Positions 1-9,398 of a DNA stretch of 64,000 nucleotides are shown piece by piece. Position 1 is the first letter of the stretch; each line of letters opens with the position of its first letter. The stretch covers positions 3,680,001 to 3,744,000 of the forward strand of contig CBDETY010000003.1 in assembly GCA_965243025.1 (NCBI GenBank), read 5' to 3'. The stretch comes from Candidatus Latescibacterota bacterium. GTDB taxonomy: Bacteria; Latescibacterota; UBA2968; UBA8231. The notes beneath the pieces were generated by a model. It searched no databases. It saw only the letters and a list, made by a program, of their open reading frames with translations, and had not been told where the DNA came from. Made by a program: the position numbers and the translations under genes.

Positions 1-252
1 TGCGCCGCTGCTTCCCCCGCTGCGAGGTGAGCACAGACGATCGCGGTTCCGGAAAAAAGACAGGACTTTTTCATCCCGGGCCGACTCGGCGGCAGGTGCC
101 TTTCGATACAGGATCCAGACTGATTTGAGCATACTGTTTTTGCAGGCCCGCCGACAGTCGGACAACGGGTCACGGCCTCCCCTGAACTTCTCGAGGTCGA
201 AGCCGATTCCCGGTTCCCGGCTGCCCTCCTTCCCCGTCTCCGGACAGGTGAA

Positions 253-2874
253 ATGATCCACACCGCCACCGTCCTCGGGGTCTTCTTCCTGTCCGGCGTC
301 AGCGGCCTCGTCTACCAGGTCCTGTGGGTCCGGCTGTTCGGCAACGTCTTCGGAAACACGGTCCACTCCGCCGCGGCTGTGACCGCGGTGTTCATGTTCG
401 GGCTGGGCGTCGGAAGCTACCTGATCGGACGCTGGGGGGACCGGCTTTTCCTGTCCGATTCCAGGCGTCCGCTGCGGTTCTACGGGTACGCCGAGTTCCT
501 GATCGGTCTCTGGTGCCTGCTGGTGGCCATGGTCCTGCCCGAGCTCACCGCTCTCTCCGCCTGGGGGTCGACTTACGTCCCCGGCCGCAATGGCTGGTTC
601 GAGCTGTCGCCCGCATCCCACCTGCTCCGCTTCGGGGCCGCGGCAATCCTGCTCGCCCCGCCCACCCTGCTGATGGGCGGAACCCTGACGCTGCTGATCC
701 GCCATCTCGTTGCCCACGAGATCGGCCTTGCCGGCTGGAAGGTCGGGCTGCTGTACGGGTTCAACACCCTCGGAGCCGCGGCAGGCGCCTTTCTCACCGA
801 CCTCGCACTGGTTCCCCTCATCGGTGTCTTCAACACCGAGCTCGCCGCCGTCGCCCTCAACTGGGGAGCGGGAGCCGTGGCCCTGCTGTGCGCCAGCCGT
901 ATCTCCAGGCTGGCGGCGCCCGCTCCTGCCGAAGGGAACGACAGCCCAAGTCCGGAATCGTCGGGAACCGATACCCGACTCCTGCGGTTGACCGCCGCGG
1001 CCCTGTTTCTGTCCGGCTTCGCGGCGCTGGGTATGGAGATCGTCTGGTTCAGGTTGCTGATCTCCCTGCTGGGGGGATACCGGGCGGTCTTTTCGATCGT
1101 TCTCACGGTCATCCTGCTGGGGATCTGGCTCGGCGCCCTCCTCGGGGGAGCCGCCCACAGGCGCTGGGGCAGGCCCGCCCTCGCCTACGCCCTGACCCAG
1201 TCGCTGTTCGCCATCGCCACGGTTGGATTCGCCGCGGGGTACGACTCCGGGTTCATCGTGTCGTACGCGAACGCGGTCATGGACAGGTACGAACAGGCCT
1301 CGGAAGCGGGGCGCTGGCTGATGGACGTGTGGGCGAACTTCCGCGTCGCCCTGCTGCTCGTGGGGCTTCCCTCGCTCTGCCTGGGCTTCACCTTCCCGCT
1401 GGCCAACGGCCTGGTGCAGCGTTACCGGGGTTCGGTCGGGGCGCGGGCGGGCGCCCTCTACCTCTCCAACACGGCAGGCAACGTCGCCGGGGCCCTGGCC
1501 GCGGGCTTCCTGCTCCTGCCGCTGTTCGGTGTCCAGAACTGCTTCGCGATCCTCGCATCCCTCTCCGTGGCAGGGATCGCCCCCCTTGTCGCGGTCGCCC
1601 GAAACGACCGCCCCCCATCCCGTTCCGGGTGGGGGCCGTTGCTCGCCGGTCCCGCGGCAGCGGCGGCGGCGGTTGCCGCCTTCTGCTCCCTTCCGGCCGA
1701 CCACCTGCTTCTCCGCTCATTCGACTTCAGCCTCGCTTCGCGGGGGGAGCGCATCCTGACGGCGCACGAGGGGATCAACGAGACCCTGGTGGTCAGCGAA
1801 CGCAGCGGACAGGGAAGGCGGCTGCTCACGAACGGACACCCGATGTCATCGACCCTGCTGCTCAACCAGCGCTACATGAGGGCCGCGGCCCATATTCCGC
1901 TGCTGATGCACGAGGAGCCGGCCAGCGTCCTCAACATCGCCTTCGGGGTCGGCAACACCCTGCACGCCGCCTCGCTGCACCCGAGCGTGGAAAGACTCGA
2001 GGTCGCCGATCTTTCGCGCGGCATTCTCGAGCACGCCGGCTACTTCGAGGTTTCGAACAAAGGGGTGCTGAACGACCCGCGCGCAAGCGTATTCATCAAC
2101 GACGGCAGACAGCACCTGCTGATGCGGGAGGAGGGGGTTTACGACCTCATCGCGCTGGAACCGCCGCCGATCAACATGGCGGGAACCGCTTCTCTGTACA
2201 CGCGGGAATTCTACCGGCTGGCGCGCAGCCGCCTGCGCCCCGGGGGGTTCATGTCGCAGTGGCTGCCGGCCCACCAGCTGCCTGCGGAGGGGACGTTCTC
2301 CCTGATCCGCGCCTTCGTCGACCTCTTCCCCCGGGCGGTGCTGCTGGGATCGCACCGCAACCTGATTCTGCTGGGGATCCGGGGTCCGGCGCTCGAGCTG
2401 GATATCGAAGAAGTTGCCCGGCGTCTCGAGGAGCGCCCGGAAGTCGCAGAGGATCTCGGCTCGATCCTCATGGGGACCCCGACAGAGCTGGCCGGGACGT
2501 TCGTCGCTTCCGGCAGAACCCTGGAACGGCTGTCCGCCCCGGTGCCGGCCCTGGTCGACGACCGTCCGGTCAACGAGTACGCGGCGCGCTCGAACCTGAT
2601 GATCAACGTGCAGCCGCGCGAGCTGTTCGACCTCAGCGACGCGGCCGGCTGGTGCCCGAACTGCTTTTCCCCGCCGCACGCCGCCGGGGCTCTCTTGGAC
2701 CTTCCCGCCTACCTGGAAATCCTGCAGGAGATCTACCGCAGCGAGGCCTTTCTCGTCGATGCGGCACGACAGCCCGCCCCCCTGTTCATCGATCTCGAAC
2801 CGGAGCCGCGGCGCCGCGCCGTCTCGCGCTCACCTTTTCTCAGGATGATGCTTCCGAAGCTTGCCCGCCGCTGA
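253..2874 (+). CDS. Membrane-fused spermidine synthase-like (fused MFS/SpeE) SAM-dependent transferase
   Basis: 873 aa. Two repeated TM halves (SGxxxLxYQVLWxR...LYGFNTLGA; SGFAALGMEIVWFR...LYLSNTAG), then a Rossmann SAM-type domain (VLNIAFGVGNT, DGRQHL, YDLIALEPPP, LYTREFY, LRPGGFMSQWLP). Confidence 0.85.
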   Translation: MIHTATVLGVFFLSGVSGLVYQVLWVRLFGNVFGNTVHSAAAVTAVFMFGLGVGSYLIGRWGDRLFLSDSRRPLRFYGYAEFLIGLWCLLVAMVLPELTALSAWGSTYVPGRNGWFELSPASHLLRFGAAAILLAPPTLLMGGTLTLLIRHLVAHEIGLAGWKVGLLYGFNTLGAAAGAFLTDLALVPLIGVFNTELAAVALNWGAGAVALLCASRISRLAAPAPAEGNDSPSPESSGTDTRLLRLTAAALFLSGFAALGMEIVWFRLLISLLGGYRAVFSIVLTVILLGIWLGALLGGAAHRRWGRPALAYALTQSLFAIATVGFAAGYDSGFIVSYANAVMDRYEQASEAGRWLMDVWANFRVALLLVGLPSLCLGFTFPLANGLVQRYRGSVGARAGALYLSNTAGNVAGALAAGFLLLPLFGVQNCFAILASLSVAGIAPLVAVARNDRPPSRSGWGPLLAGPAAAAAAVAAFCSLPADHLLLRSFDFSLASRGERILTAHEGINETLVVSERSGQGRRLLTNGHPMSSTLLLNQRYMRAAAHIPLLMHEEPASVLNIAFGVGNTLHAASLHPSVERLEVADLSRGILEHAGYFEVSNKGVLNDPRASVFINDGRQHLLMREEGVYDLIALEPPPINMAGTASLYTREFYRLARSRLRPGGFMSQWLPAHQLPAEGTFSLIRAFVDLFPRAVLLGSHRNLILLGIRGPALELDIEEVARRLEERPEVAEDLGSILMGTPTELAGTFVASGRTLERLSAPVPALVDDRPVNEYAARSNLMINVQPRELFDLSDAAGWCPNCFSPPHAAGALLDLPAYLEILQEIYRSEAFLVDAARQPAPLFIDLEPEPRRRAVSRSPFLRMMLPKLARR

Positions 2875-2887
2875 AAGCCCGGCAGTT

Positions 2888-2908
2888 CCGCTTCCGGGAA
2901 GCGGCTTT
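2888..2908. terminator. Possible short hairpin terminator between convergent genes
   Basis: CCGCTTC-CGG-GAAGCGG followed by CTTT in the 32-bp gap between two convergent stop codons. The T-tract is weak. Confidence 0.3.
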
Positions 2909-4844
2909 ACTCTTCGGTTACCGTCACCAGCTGGCCGGAGGGGAACGGTCCCTCCAGGACCTGGTCCTTCCCAGATGGCCAGCGCACCGATATGCGGTCG
3001 GCCTCGGCCGCTTCCCCGAGTCCGAAATACAGGGGCATGTCGCTTTGCGACAGGTACCCCGACTGTCCGTCGTTGATCTTCCTGTAACTGGTTTCTCCCG
3101 CCGCGACCTCGACTACCGCCCCGATGCCGCTCCTGTTGGACTCGGTCCCCCGGAGCTGGACCGACAGGTAGCGGATCTGCCGTTTCTCGGAGAGGTTGCT
3201 GACCAGAACCATCGGCTCGGAGTTGAACTCGTTGGTGACGATGTCGAGGTCGCCGTCTCCCTCGAGGTCGAAGAAAACCGAGGCGCGCGAGCCGAGAGCC
3301 GCCCAGACCACGAACTCTCCGGTGCGGTCGGCGCAGTGCTCGTGGCCGGCGTTCGCCTCGTCGTCGCAGTCGAGGAGGAACCACGGCCTGGCGGTGCGCC
3401 CTGCGCGCCGCGGCTCGACCCCGAGAATGAACTCGGCATCGAGAAAGCCCTGCCCCGAGTTGTTGACCAGCAAACTGTTGATCCCGTACCGGAAGGGGTA
3501 GTTCATGCTCGATGCAATGAAGACGTCGTCGAAGCCGTCGGCGTTCAGGTCTCCGACGCTGAATCCCCAGGGCCACAGATTCTCGGCTCCGACGGCGTCG
3601 GATACCTCGGTGTACCCGCCTCCGCCGTCGTTGCGGTAGAAGGCGTTGCCGAACACGCTCATGCCTTCGTCGCGCAGGAACTCGGGCGGGTACTTCATGT
3701 TGGCCTTGCGCTTCTCCCTGTCCGGAGGGACATCGTCGCTCATGTCGGAGTGCATGTCGCTGACGAACATGTCGAAATCCCCGTCGTTGTCGAAGTCGAA
3801 GACCTTGGCGCACATCGCTCCCCACGGTGTTCTGGGGAAGACCTCCCGGCTTTTGAGGGCGAAGCGCTCGCCGCCCTGGTTTTCGTAGAGCTCGTCGTGG
3901 CCCTGCATGTCGAGGGTGTAGAGGTCGATCCAGCCGTCCTCGTTCACGTCGACCGGGGTTGCCGCCCCGGACCAGCCGGTGTCGACGAGGGCCATCTGCC
4001 CGGTGACGTCGGCGAAGCGGTTGCCCCCCTCGTTCCGGTACAGGATGCTGCGCTCGGTGCGCTCCGGTTTGAGGTGGCCGGCGAAGGCATCGCCGAAGGC
4101 TGCGAAATACTGGTACGACGCCGAGGAGTCGGGGTCGACGGCGTCGAGGGAGCCGGTGATCACCTCGTCCCTGGTGAAAACGCCGACGTTGCACAGGTAC
4201 AGGTCCAGCAGGCCGTCGCGGTCGTAGTCGAAGAAGACCGCCGCGGAGGAGTGGCCGCTGTAGGAGAGGCCCGCCGGTCCGGTGACGTCGGAGAACAGGC
4301 CGGAACCCCGGTTCTCGAAAAGGAAGTTGCCGCCCCGGACCGTGGTCGCGAACAGGTCGGGGTCGCCGTCGTTGTCGGTGTCCGCGAACGAGGCGGTGAC
4401 CCCGATGGGGGCGCTGATGTCGATACCAGGAGATGCGGCGGTCACATCCTCGAACCGGCCCCCTCCGGCGTTGCGCCACAGCTCGTTGGCACCCGCCTGG
4501 GTCGAGAAATAGATGTCGAGCTGCCCGTCTCCATCGACGTCGGCGACGGCGACGCCGTTGCCGTGGTCGTAATGGGATGGTTTGTACTTCAGACCGGTGT
4601 CGTCGGTGCAGGTGTTTGCGAAGGTGATCCCGCTCTCCTCGTAGCGATCGCTGAATGCGAAATCGACGAAAGCGTCGAAGCGGTCCGCCGTCTCCAGCTG
4701 TTGCAGCCTGCGAGATTCCATCCAGGATGGCTCTATGATCTCGAGCGGGACCGGCAGGGAGCGCGGCATCGATGCCGTCCCGCTCTCCGTGCCCAGCATG
4801 TATGCTCCGACTGCGACTGCGGCTGCGGCTGTTCTTGTATTCAT
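2907..4844 (-). CDS. CRTAC1-family protein (FG-GAP/VCBS repeats + ASPIC/UnbV C-terminal domain), secreted
   Basis: Repeated DxDxDGxxD motifs with RNxGGGRFxDVT. C-terminal SNRSGIGAVV...SGYLSQS...FGLG...VRWPSG. Ala-rich signal peptide. Confidence 0.88.
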   Translation of the reverse strand: MNTRTAAAAVAVGAYMLGTESGTASMPRSLPVPLEIIEPSWMESRRLQQLETADRFDAFVDFAFSDRYEESGITFANTCTDDTGLKYKPSHYDHGNGVAVADVDGDGQLDIYFSTQAGANELWRNAGGGRFEDVTAASPGIDISAPIGVTASFADTDNDGDPDLFATTVRGGNFLFENRGSGLFSDVTGPAGLSYSGHSSAAVFFDYDRDGLLDLYLCNVGVFTRDEVITGSLDAVDPDSSASYQYFAAFGDAFAGHLKPERTERSILYRNEGGNRFADVTGQMALVDTGWSGAATPVDVNEDGWIDLYTLDMQGHDELYENQGGERFALKSREVFPRTPWGAMCAKVFDFDNDGDFDMFVSDMHSDMSDDVPPDREKRKANMKYPPEFLRDEGMSVFGNAFYRNDGGGGYTEVSDAVGAENLWPWGFSVGDLNADGFDDVFIASSMNYPFRYGINSLLVNNSGQGFLDAEFILGVEPRRAGRTARPWFLLDCDDEANAGHEHCADRTGEFVVWAALGSRASVFFDLEGDGDLDIVTNEFNSEPMVLVSNLSEKRQIRYLSVQLRGTESNRSGIGAVVEVAAGETSYRKINDGQSGYLSQSDMPLYFGLGEAAEADRISVRWPSGKDQVLEGPFPSGQLVTVTEE

Positions 4845-4943
4845 GCGTGCGTCCTTACCCCACGCGGCTGCTGCTGCGATCCGGTTTCAAAACGGGCATG
4901 CCAGACTCCGGGCCGGTGGACCGGCCCCGGCAGAGTCCGGTTT

Positions 4944-6572
4944 CTATATCTTGGCCAGTTCGTCGTAGAAAACGCGAACCGCGTGCTTCTGGCGAAGCGT
5001 CCGCACGTAGTCGCTGAAGGCGCGCTTGCGTTTGCGGATCTTCACTATGGCCGCGGCGCGCCGGGCCGATTCGGAGTACGGCCGCAATACCGGCGCCTCC
5101 CGGCCGAGGATCTTGCATACCGAGTAGCCGCTGTGCGTCTTGACCGGACCGAACACCGCCCCGTCCTCCAGCCCCTCGGCGGTCTCGTAGAGCTTCCTGT
5201 GCCGGCTGTTCTTCGAAACGGTAATGCGGCCGTCGTGGTGGGCCATCCCCTCGCGGATGGTGTATTCCCGGGCGAGCGCCCCGGCGTCCTCTCCGGCGTC
5301 GAGCTGTTCCCTGATCCACTCCCCTTCCTCGGGGATACCGACGAGGATTTCGATGACTTCGATCTTTTCCTCGGTGTGGAATACCTCGGGGTGGTTGTCG
5401 TAGTAGCCGCGCGCCTCCTGCTCGCTGACAGTCACCAGGCGGTCGACGTTGCGCAGCCGCAGCTCCTGCATCAGTTGATCCTGGCGGTAGAGCTCCAGGG
5501 CGTCCAGGATCTTCTGATCCCGATCGATTCCCGCGGCAGTCGCCTCGGCGATGAACAGCTCCTGGGGAACGACCCCTTCCTCGAGGAAATTCACGAATGA
5601 TTCCGGATCGCTGAACTGCTCCGAATCCCGCTTGGCTTCGGGAACGAACTGCAGGAACTCGTCGAGTGTGATGCTCCCGCCTTTGTAGGTGCAGATCGGA
5701 AGCCGGCGGATGGCCTCCAGGTCCGCATCGAGCGAACCGCGCTCGCGCAGCACGGCCTCCACCGCCTCCATGTTGATTCGGGGCTCGAACACCTTGCTCA
5801 GCGAATCGGCGAGCACCTCCGCCCTCTCGGCCCGTTTCCGTCCGTACACCCCCTCGGCGACGAGGTCGCGGACCTCGTACAAGGGAACGGGGATCTCGTC
5901 GAGGACCTTGATGATGGTATAGCGCCACTTCTTCTCGTAGAGGAACCGCAGCGGCTCCGTGATCTCGCCTGCCTGAAGCTGGAAGATCCTCCGCAAAAAC
6001 TTCGAGGTGTCGTCCAACCTCATGTACTGGGGGACGACCCCGCCCTGGTCGCGCGTCTCCTTGTAGAGAGATCTCTGGCGCGCCAGCTCCCCGAAGTCCG
6101 CCCCGTCCAGTACCTCCTGCCGCGCGGCGAGCGCCTCCTCCTCCGTTTCCAGGAGGATACCGGCGATTCGCACCGCTCGATCGCGGCCTTCCAGCTTCTG
6201 TTGGGCGAGCAGTTCCTCTTCGCTGACCTCGACCTGGCGGTTGATGGCCAGTCGCTTGTACTCGGTCAGCACCTTCTGTCTGTGGAACACTTCGAGTTTC
6301 GCGACGAACCCCGGTTCGGCGCTGATGCCGGATTCTTCGGCCTCTTTGAGAAGCAGCTTCTTGTCGATGAGGCTTTCCAGCATCAGGCTGTCGGGAGCAG
6401 GCTCGGGTTTCCCCGACCTGCGGACATCTTCTACCGCCTCTCTGAAAACCCTGAGATCGTTTGCGGTCACATGCTGTCCCGCGATTTCGGCGAGCACCAC
6501 GTCCGCGGCGGATGCCATGTCGGTCCGGCACAGAACGGCGGCGCACGCCGCAAGAATGAGTTTTACAGGCAT
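4944..6572 (-). CDS. SurA/PrsA-like chaperone with two parvulin (PpiC-type) domains
   Basis: Signal peptide; VLAEIAGQHVT; LESLIDKKLLLKEA; GADFGELARQRS...GG; EARGYYDNHPEVF; GEDAGALAREYT; GPVKTHSGY. Confidence 0.85.
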   Translation of the reverse strand: MPVKLILAACAAVLCRTDMASAADVVLAEIAGQHVTANDLRVFREAVEDVRRSGKPEPAPDSLMLESLIDKKLLLKEAEESGISAEPGFVAKLEVFHRQKVLTEYKRLAINRQVEVSEEELLAQQKLEGRDRAVRIAGILLETEEEALAARQEVLDGADFGELARQRSLYKETRDQGGVVPQYMRLDDTSKFLRRIFQLQAGEITEPLRFLYEKKWRYTIIKVLDEIPVPLYEVRDLVAEGVYGRKRAERAEVLADSLSKVFEPRINMEAVEAVLRERGSLDADLEAIRRLPICTYKGGSITLDEFLQFVPEAKRDSEQFSDPESFVNFLEEGVVPQELFIAEATAAGIDRDQKILDALELYRQDQLMQELRLRNVDRLVTVSEQEARGYYDNHPEVFHTEEKIEVIEILVGIPEEGEWIREQLDAGEDAGALAREYTIREGMAHHDGRITVSKNSRHRKLYETAEGLEDGAVFGPVKTHSGYSVCKILGREAPVLRPYSESARRAAAIVKIRKRKRAFSDYVRTLRQKHAVRVFYDELAKI

Positions 6573-6600
6573 GGTCCTCGAGTCGTGCAGTTGGGTGTTT

Positions 6601-9225
6601 TCAATAGGTCAGGGCGACGGTGCGCAGGATTTCCCGGTCCTCGATCCCGGATCCATCGGTGTCGCTCCCGAGACGAAGGCGAACGGCGTACATACCTGGC
6701 GGAACGAGGTCTCCGGCTTCGTCCCGGCCATCCCACGGGATCGAGTAAGCGCCGGCGCTGACACTGCGCTGCTCTTCCAGGAGCCTGATCCTGCGGCCCC
6801 CGAGATCGAATATCTCCGCTTCGACCGCGGTGCTCGCACCGACCAGCATGAGCGTGAAATTCAGCGTCATCTCGTCGTTGACGCCATCGCCATTGGGGGA
6901 AAATACCGGCGGACTTACCGCGAGTTCGCCGAACAGCTCCTTGCGCTCCGGTTGGGCAACCACCTGCAGCGAGGTGCGGGTGACCTTCTCGTCGACGCGC
7001 TGCCACAGGCCGTCGCCCGAGCCGCGCAGCAGCGCCTGCAGGCGTCCTCCCGTGGAGTAGAGGGTACCCCGGAAATCGACCCGTACCGCCTCGGTTCCGG
7101 AAGGCACCTCTGGAAAGGAAAGGTGCAAGCTGTCGCCGCTGGCGAGAACCTCGACACCTTCCACCGCATGGCCGCCGGAATCACCACTTTCTTCGAAGGC
7201 GGAAGCGGGTCCGGCGGCCACCGACTCCCTTGCCGGATCGAAGGCCAGATCCATCCCGGCCGGCGGCAGCAGCAGCAGCTGGTTGAACGGATTGCCCTGA
7301 TCCTCGATATCGACCAACAGGAAAAACCCGCGCTCGACGCCCAGCGAATCCACACGGGAAGGGATCACCTGTCCGCGCAGGCTGTTGGCCACCGGATCGG
7401 AGAAGTTGACCCTGATGGATTTCAGCGTTGCCTGAGCGTTCGGATCCTCGGAAAGCAGCCTTGCCCGGATTGTCAGGAACTCGCGCGGCGAAGGGGAGGT
7501 GATCGCGCTTCCCGAGGCCGCTTCGTACGGTTCGCTCCACGGCTCCCAGTCGCTGCCGGCCACCTCCTCGGGAACGATATCCCCCTTCTGCGATTTGATG
7601 CGGATCTTGTTGTAGGCCGCTTCCGTGATTTCGGTTCCGTCCGCCTTGAAATAGTGCAGCAGGGTGTCGAGGGTGTTTCCCGTCCGCGTCTGGAGCTGGA
7701 CCCGCGTTCCCGGCGGCGTGTCGGCGTCCCACTCGATGGTGGTCAGGTTGCGGCTGCCCCCCAGCTGGATCAGGTCGGAAGTGAGCTCCACCTGCGGCTG
7801 GTATCCCTGCCCGATCAGCTGCATGTCGCCCACGTAGGCGACGACGTTGGCGGGGTATTCGTTCTTGCCGGCGCGCCGGTACTGGAGGCGGAAGAAGCGG
7901 GCCTTGACCGGCTCGAAACTGAAGTCGTAGAGATGAATCAGGCCGCTGGTGGCGGTGCGTTGCGGCAGGCCGTCGTTCTCCACCACGCGTTCCCATTTCA
8001 GCGATCCGTCGATTTCACGCGTGCCGTCCGAGAAATCGATCGCGAACCCCCCGAAGGTCCAGGCGTGCTCCCCGGCCCGGAAATTCAGGGACATCCGTTT
8101 TCCCTCTATCCAGAAGTAGGATCCGAGGTCGGCGACGAGGTCGACCAGAAACGAGGCGTCGTGCAGTCCCGAAGCGGCGAGGTTGAAGGCGAGATAGCTT
8201 TCGACCGTCCCGTCGAGGAGGATCTGCGGATTGAGATCCGCGGCGCCGAGAACGTGCGTGGTCGTATGCGAGAAGGAACCGCCACGGGTCAGGGTTTCCT
8301 TGAAAAGGTCGTCGCCGTCGCTCCATACCTCGAGCTCGGCGAGGCGCGGCCGCTCCCTGCGGAAGTACCGGACCGGGCCGCGGCGGCTTTCTTCGAGCTG
8401 GTCGTAGATCGACCTGGTAACGGCGAGCTCCCCGCCCGTTGACAGCAGCTTGGTGTATTCCACCACCCCGGTGTCCCCCGGCGCCTCCTGCCTCAGCAGC
8501 TCGAACTCTTCCCGCGATATCTCGCGTCCCTTCTCCAGGCCGGAGCCGTTTACCACAACCTGAACAAGACGCACGAGGCGCTTGCGGCGCTGCTCGAGGG
8601 GGAGGTTGGCCAGATCGATCTCGATCACCCGTTGGTTCACGTTCGCGTGCAGGGTCTGGTACACGCGCGTGAAGTCGATGGATGTGCCGGCTATCGCCTT
8701 GATCGGTTTCTGCCCGTCGGAGACCATCACGTCGAAGAGCTGGAACGGATCGCCCAGATCCTCATCGACGAAGCGGAGCACGATTTTGCTCGCGATCAGG
8801 GTTCGGCCCATGTCGACGGTGAACCACCACTGCAGACCGAGATTCCGGGCCGAGCCCGAAGTTGGCGCCGGCTCCCAGTAGGTCGTGAGATCGCCGTCGA
8901 ACAGGTTGACGACATCCTCCCGGTTGGTACCCGCGTCGACCGCGTCGAGCAGGACGATCTCTTCGGGGTCCTTCTTGAGGCTGGCCGGAGGGTTGAAGCG
9001 CAGGTTTTCGAGAATGTCATGCACGGCGTTGGTGTTGGTTCGCCAGTATCTCGGCCTGACCCCGTCTTCGTCGATCGCCAGGGTGCCGGTGGAAAATACC
9101 CAGTTGTCCCAGTGGGCCTGGCCGGCGACCACCACGGAACCGGGGCTCACGGTATGGCCGCTTTGCGATCCCGCGCTGCTGGCGAGCAACGCCATGGCCG
9201 AACAGACGACAGCGAGTCTCTTCAT
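6601..9225 (-). CDS. Secreted discoidin-like protein with C-terminal FlgD-Ig/CHU_C-like domain (tandem copy A)
   Basis: 874 aa. Signal peptide; NLFDGDLTTYWEP F5/8-like motif; C-terminal FSPNGDGVND...IFDLGGRRIR...WDGRDEAG...GMY. RBS AGAGGA. Confidence 0.8.
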   Translation of the reverse strand: MKRLAVVCSAMALLASSAGSQSGHTVSPGSVVVAGQAHWDNWVFSTGTLAIDEDGVRPRYWRTNTNAVHDILENLRFNPPASLKKDPEEIVLLDAVDAGTNREDVVNLFDGDLTTYWEPAPTSGSARNLGLQWWFTVDMGRTLIASKIVLRFVDEDLGDPFQLFDVMVSDGQKPIKAIAGTSIDFTRVYQTLHANVNQRVIEIDLANLPLEQRRKRLVRLVQVVVNGSGLEKGREISREEFELLRQEAPGDTGVVEYTKLLSTGGELAVTRSIYDQLEESRRGPVRYFRRERPRLAELEVWSDGDDLFKETLTRGGSFSHTTTHVLGAADLNPQILLDGTVESYLAFNLAASGLHDASFLVDLVADLGSYFWIEGKRMSLNFRAGEHAWTFGGFAIDFSDGTREIDGSLKWERVVENDGLPQRTATSGLIHLYDFSFEPVKARFFRLQYRRAGKNEYPANVVAYVGDMQLIGQGYQPQVELTSDLIQLGGSRNLTTIEWDADTPPGTRVQLQTRTGNTLDTLLHYFKADGTEITEAAYNKIRIKSQKGDIVPEEVAGSDWEPWSEPYEAASGSAITSPSPREFLTIRARLLSEDPNAQATLKSIRVNFSDPVANSLRGQVIPSRVDSLGVERGFFLLVDIEDQGNPFNQLLLLPPAGMDLAFDPARESVAAGPASAFEESGDSGGHAVEGVEVLASGDSLHLSFPEVPSGTEAVRVDFRGTLYSTGGRLQALLRGSGDGLWQRVDEKVTRTSLQVVAQPERKELFGELAVSPPVFSPNGDGVNDEMTLNFTLMLVGASTAVEAEIFDLGGRRIRLLEEQRSVSAGAYSIPWDGRDEAGDLVPPGMYAVRLRLGSDTDGSGIEDREILRTVALTY

Positions 9226-9349
9226 CGTGAATTCCTCTCTACTGTGCCAGCTTCATCAGTCGATCCCGGACAGCATTGCGAGATCTTCAATTTGTCCGGG
9301 ACGAATCCATTTTCCCGATCGATAAACTCAGTGCCCCGTCGCATATGTA

Positions 9350-9393
9350 AACCGGCGGCGGCGCACGCCGTTCAGAATGGGTATTTCAGGCAT
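9350..9393 (-). pseudogene. Decayed remnant of the 5' end of the parvulin chaperone gene, left by the duplication
   Basis: ATGCCTGAAATACCCATTCTGAACGGCGTGCGCCGCCG aligns to the chaperone start at 6572, ATGCCTGTAAAACTCATTCTTG-CGGCGTGCGCCGCCG, with a 1-nt frameshift. Confidence 0.7.
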
Positions 9394-9398
9394 GGTTT

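Noticed and set aside
4808-4880. GCGACT/GCGGCT/GCT short tandem repeats
   Set aside because: These are mostly Ala/Val codons of a signal peptide and are too short to be a functional array.
324-5600. 1758 aa ORF and similar giant ORFs (22288-25221, 33515-36811, 40495-43914, 59189-63163)
   Set aside because: These are Arg/Gly/Pro-rich off-frame or antisense shadows of well-formed genes, expected in high-GC DNA, and carry no motifs.
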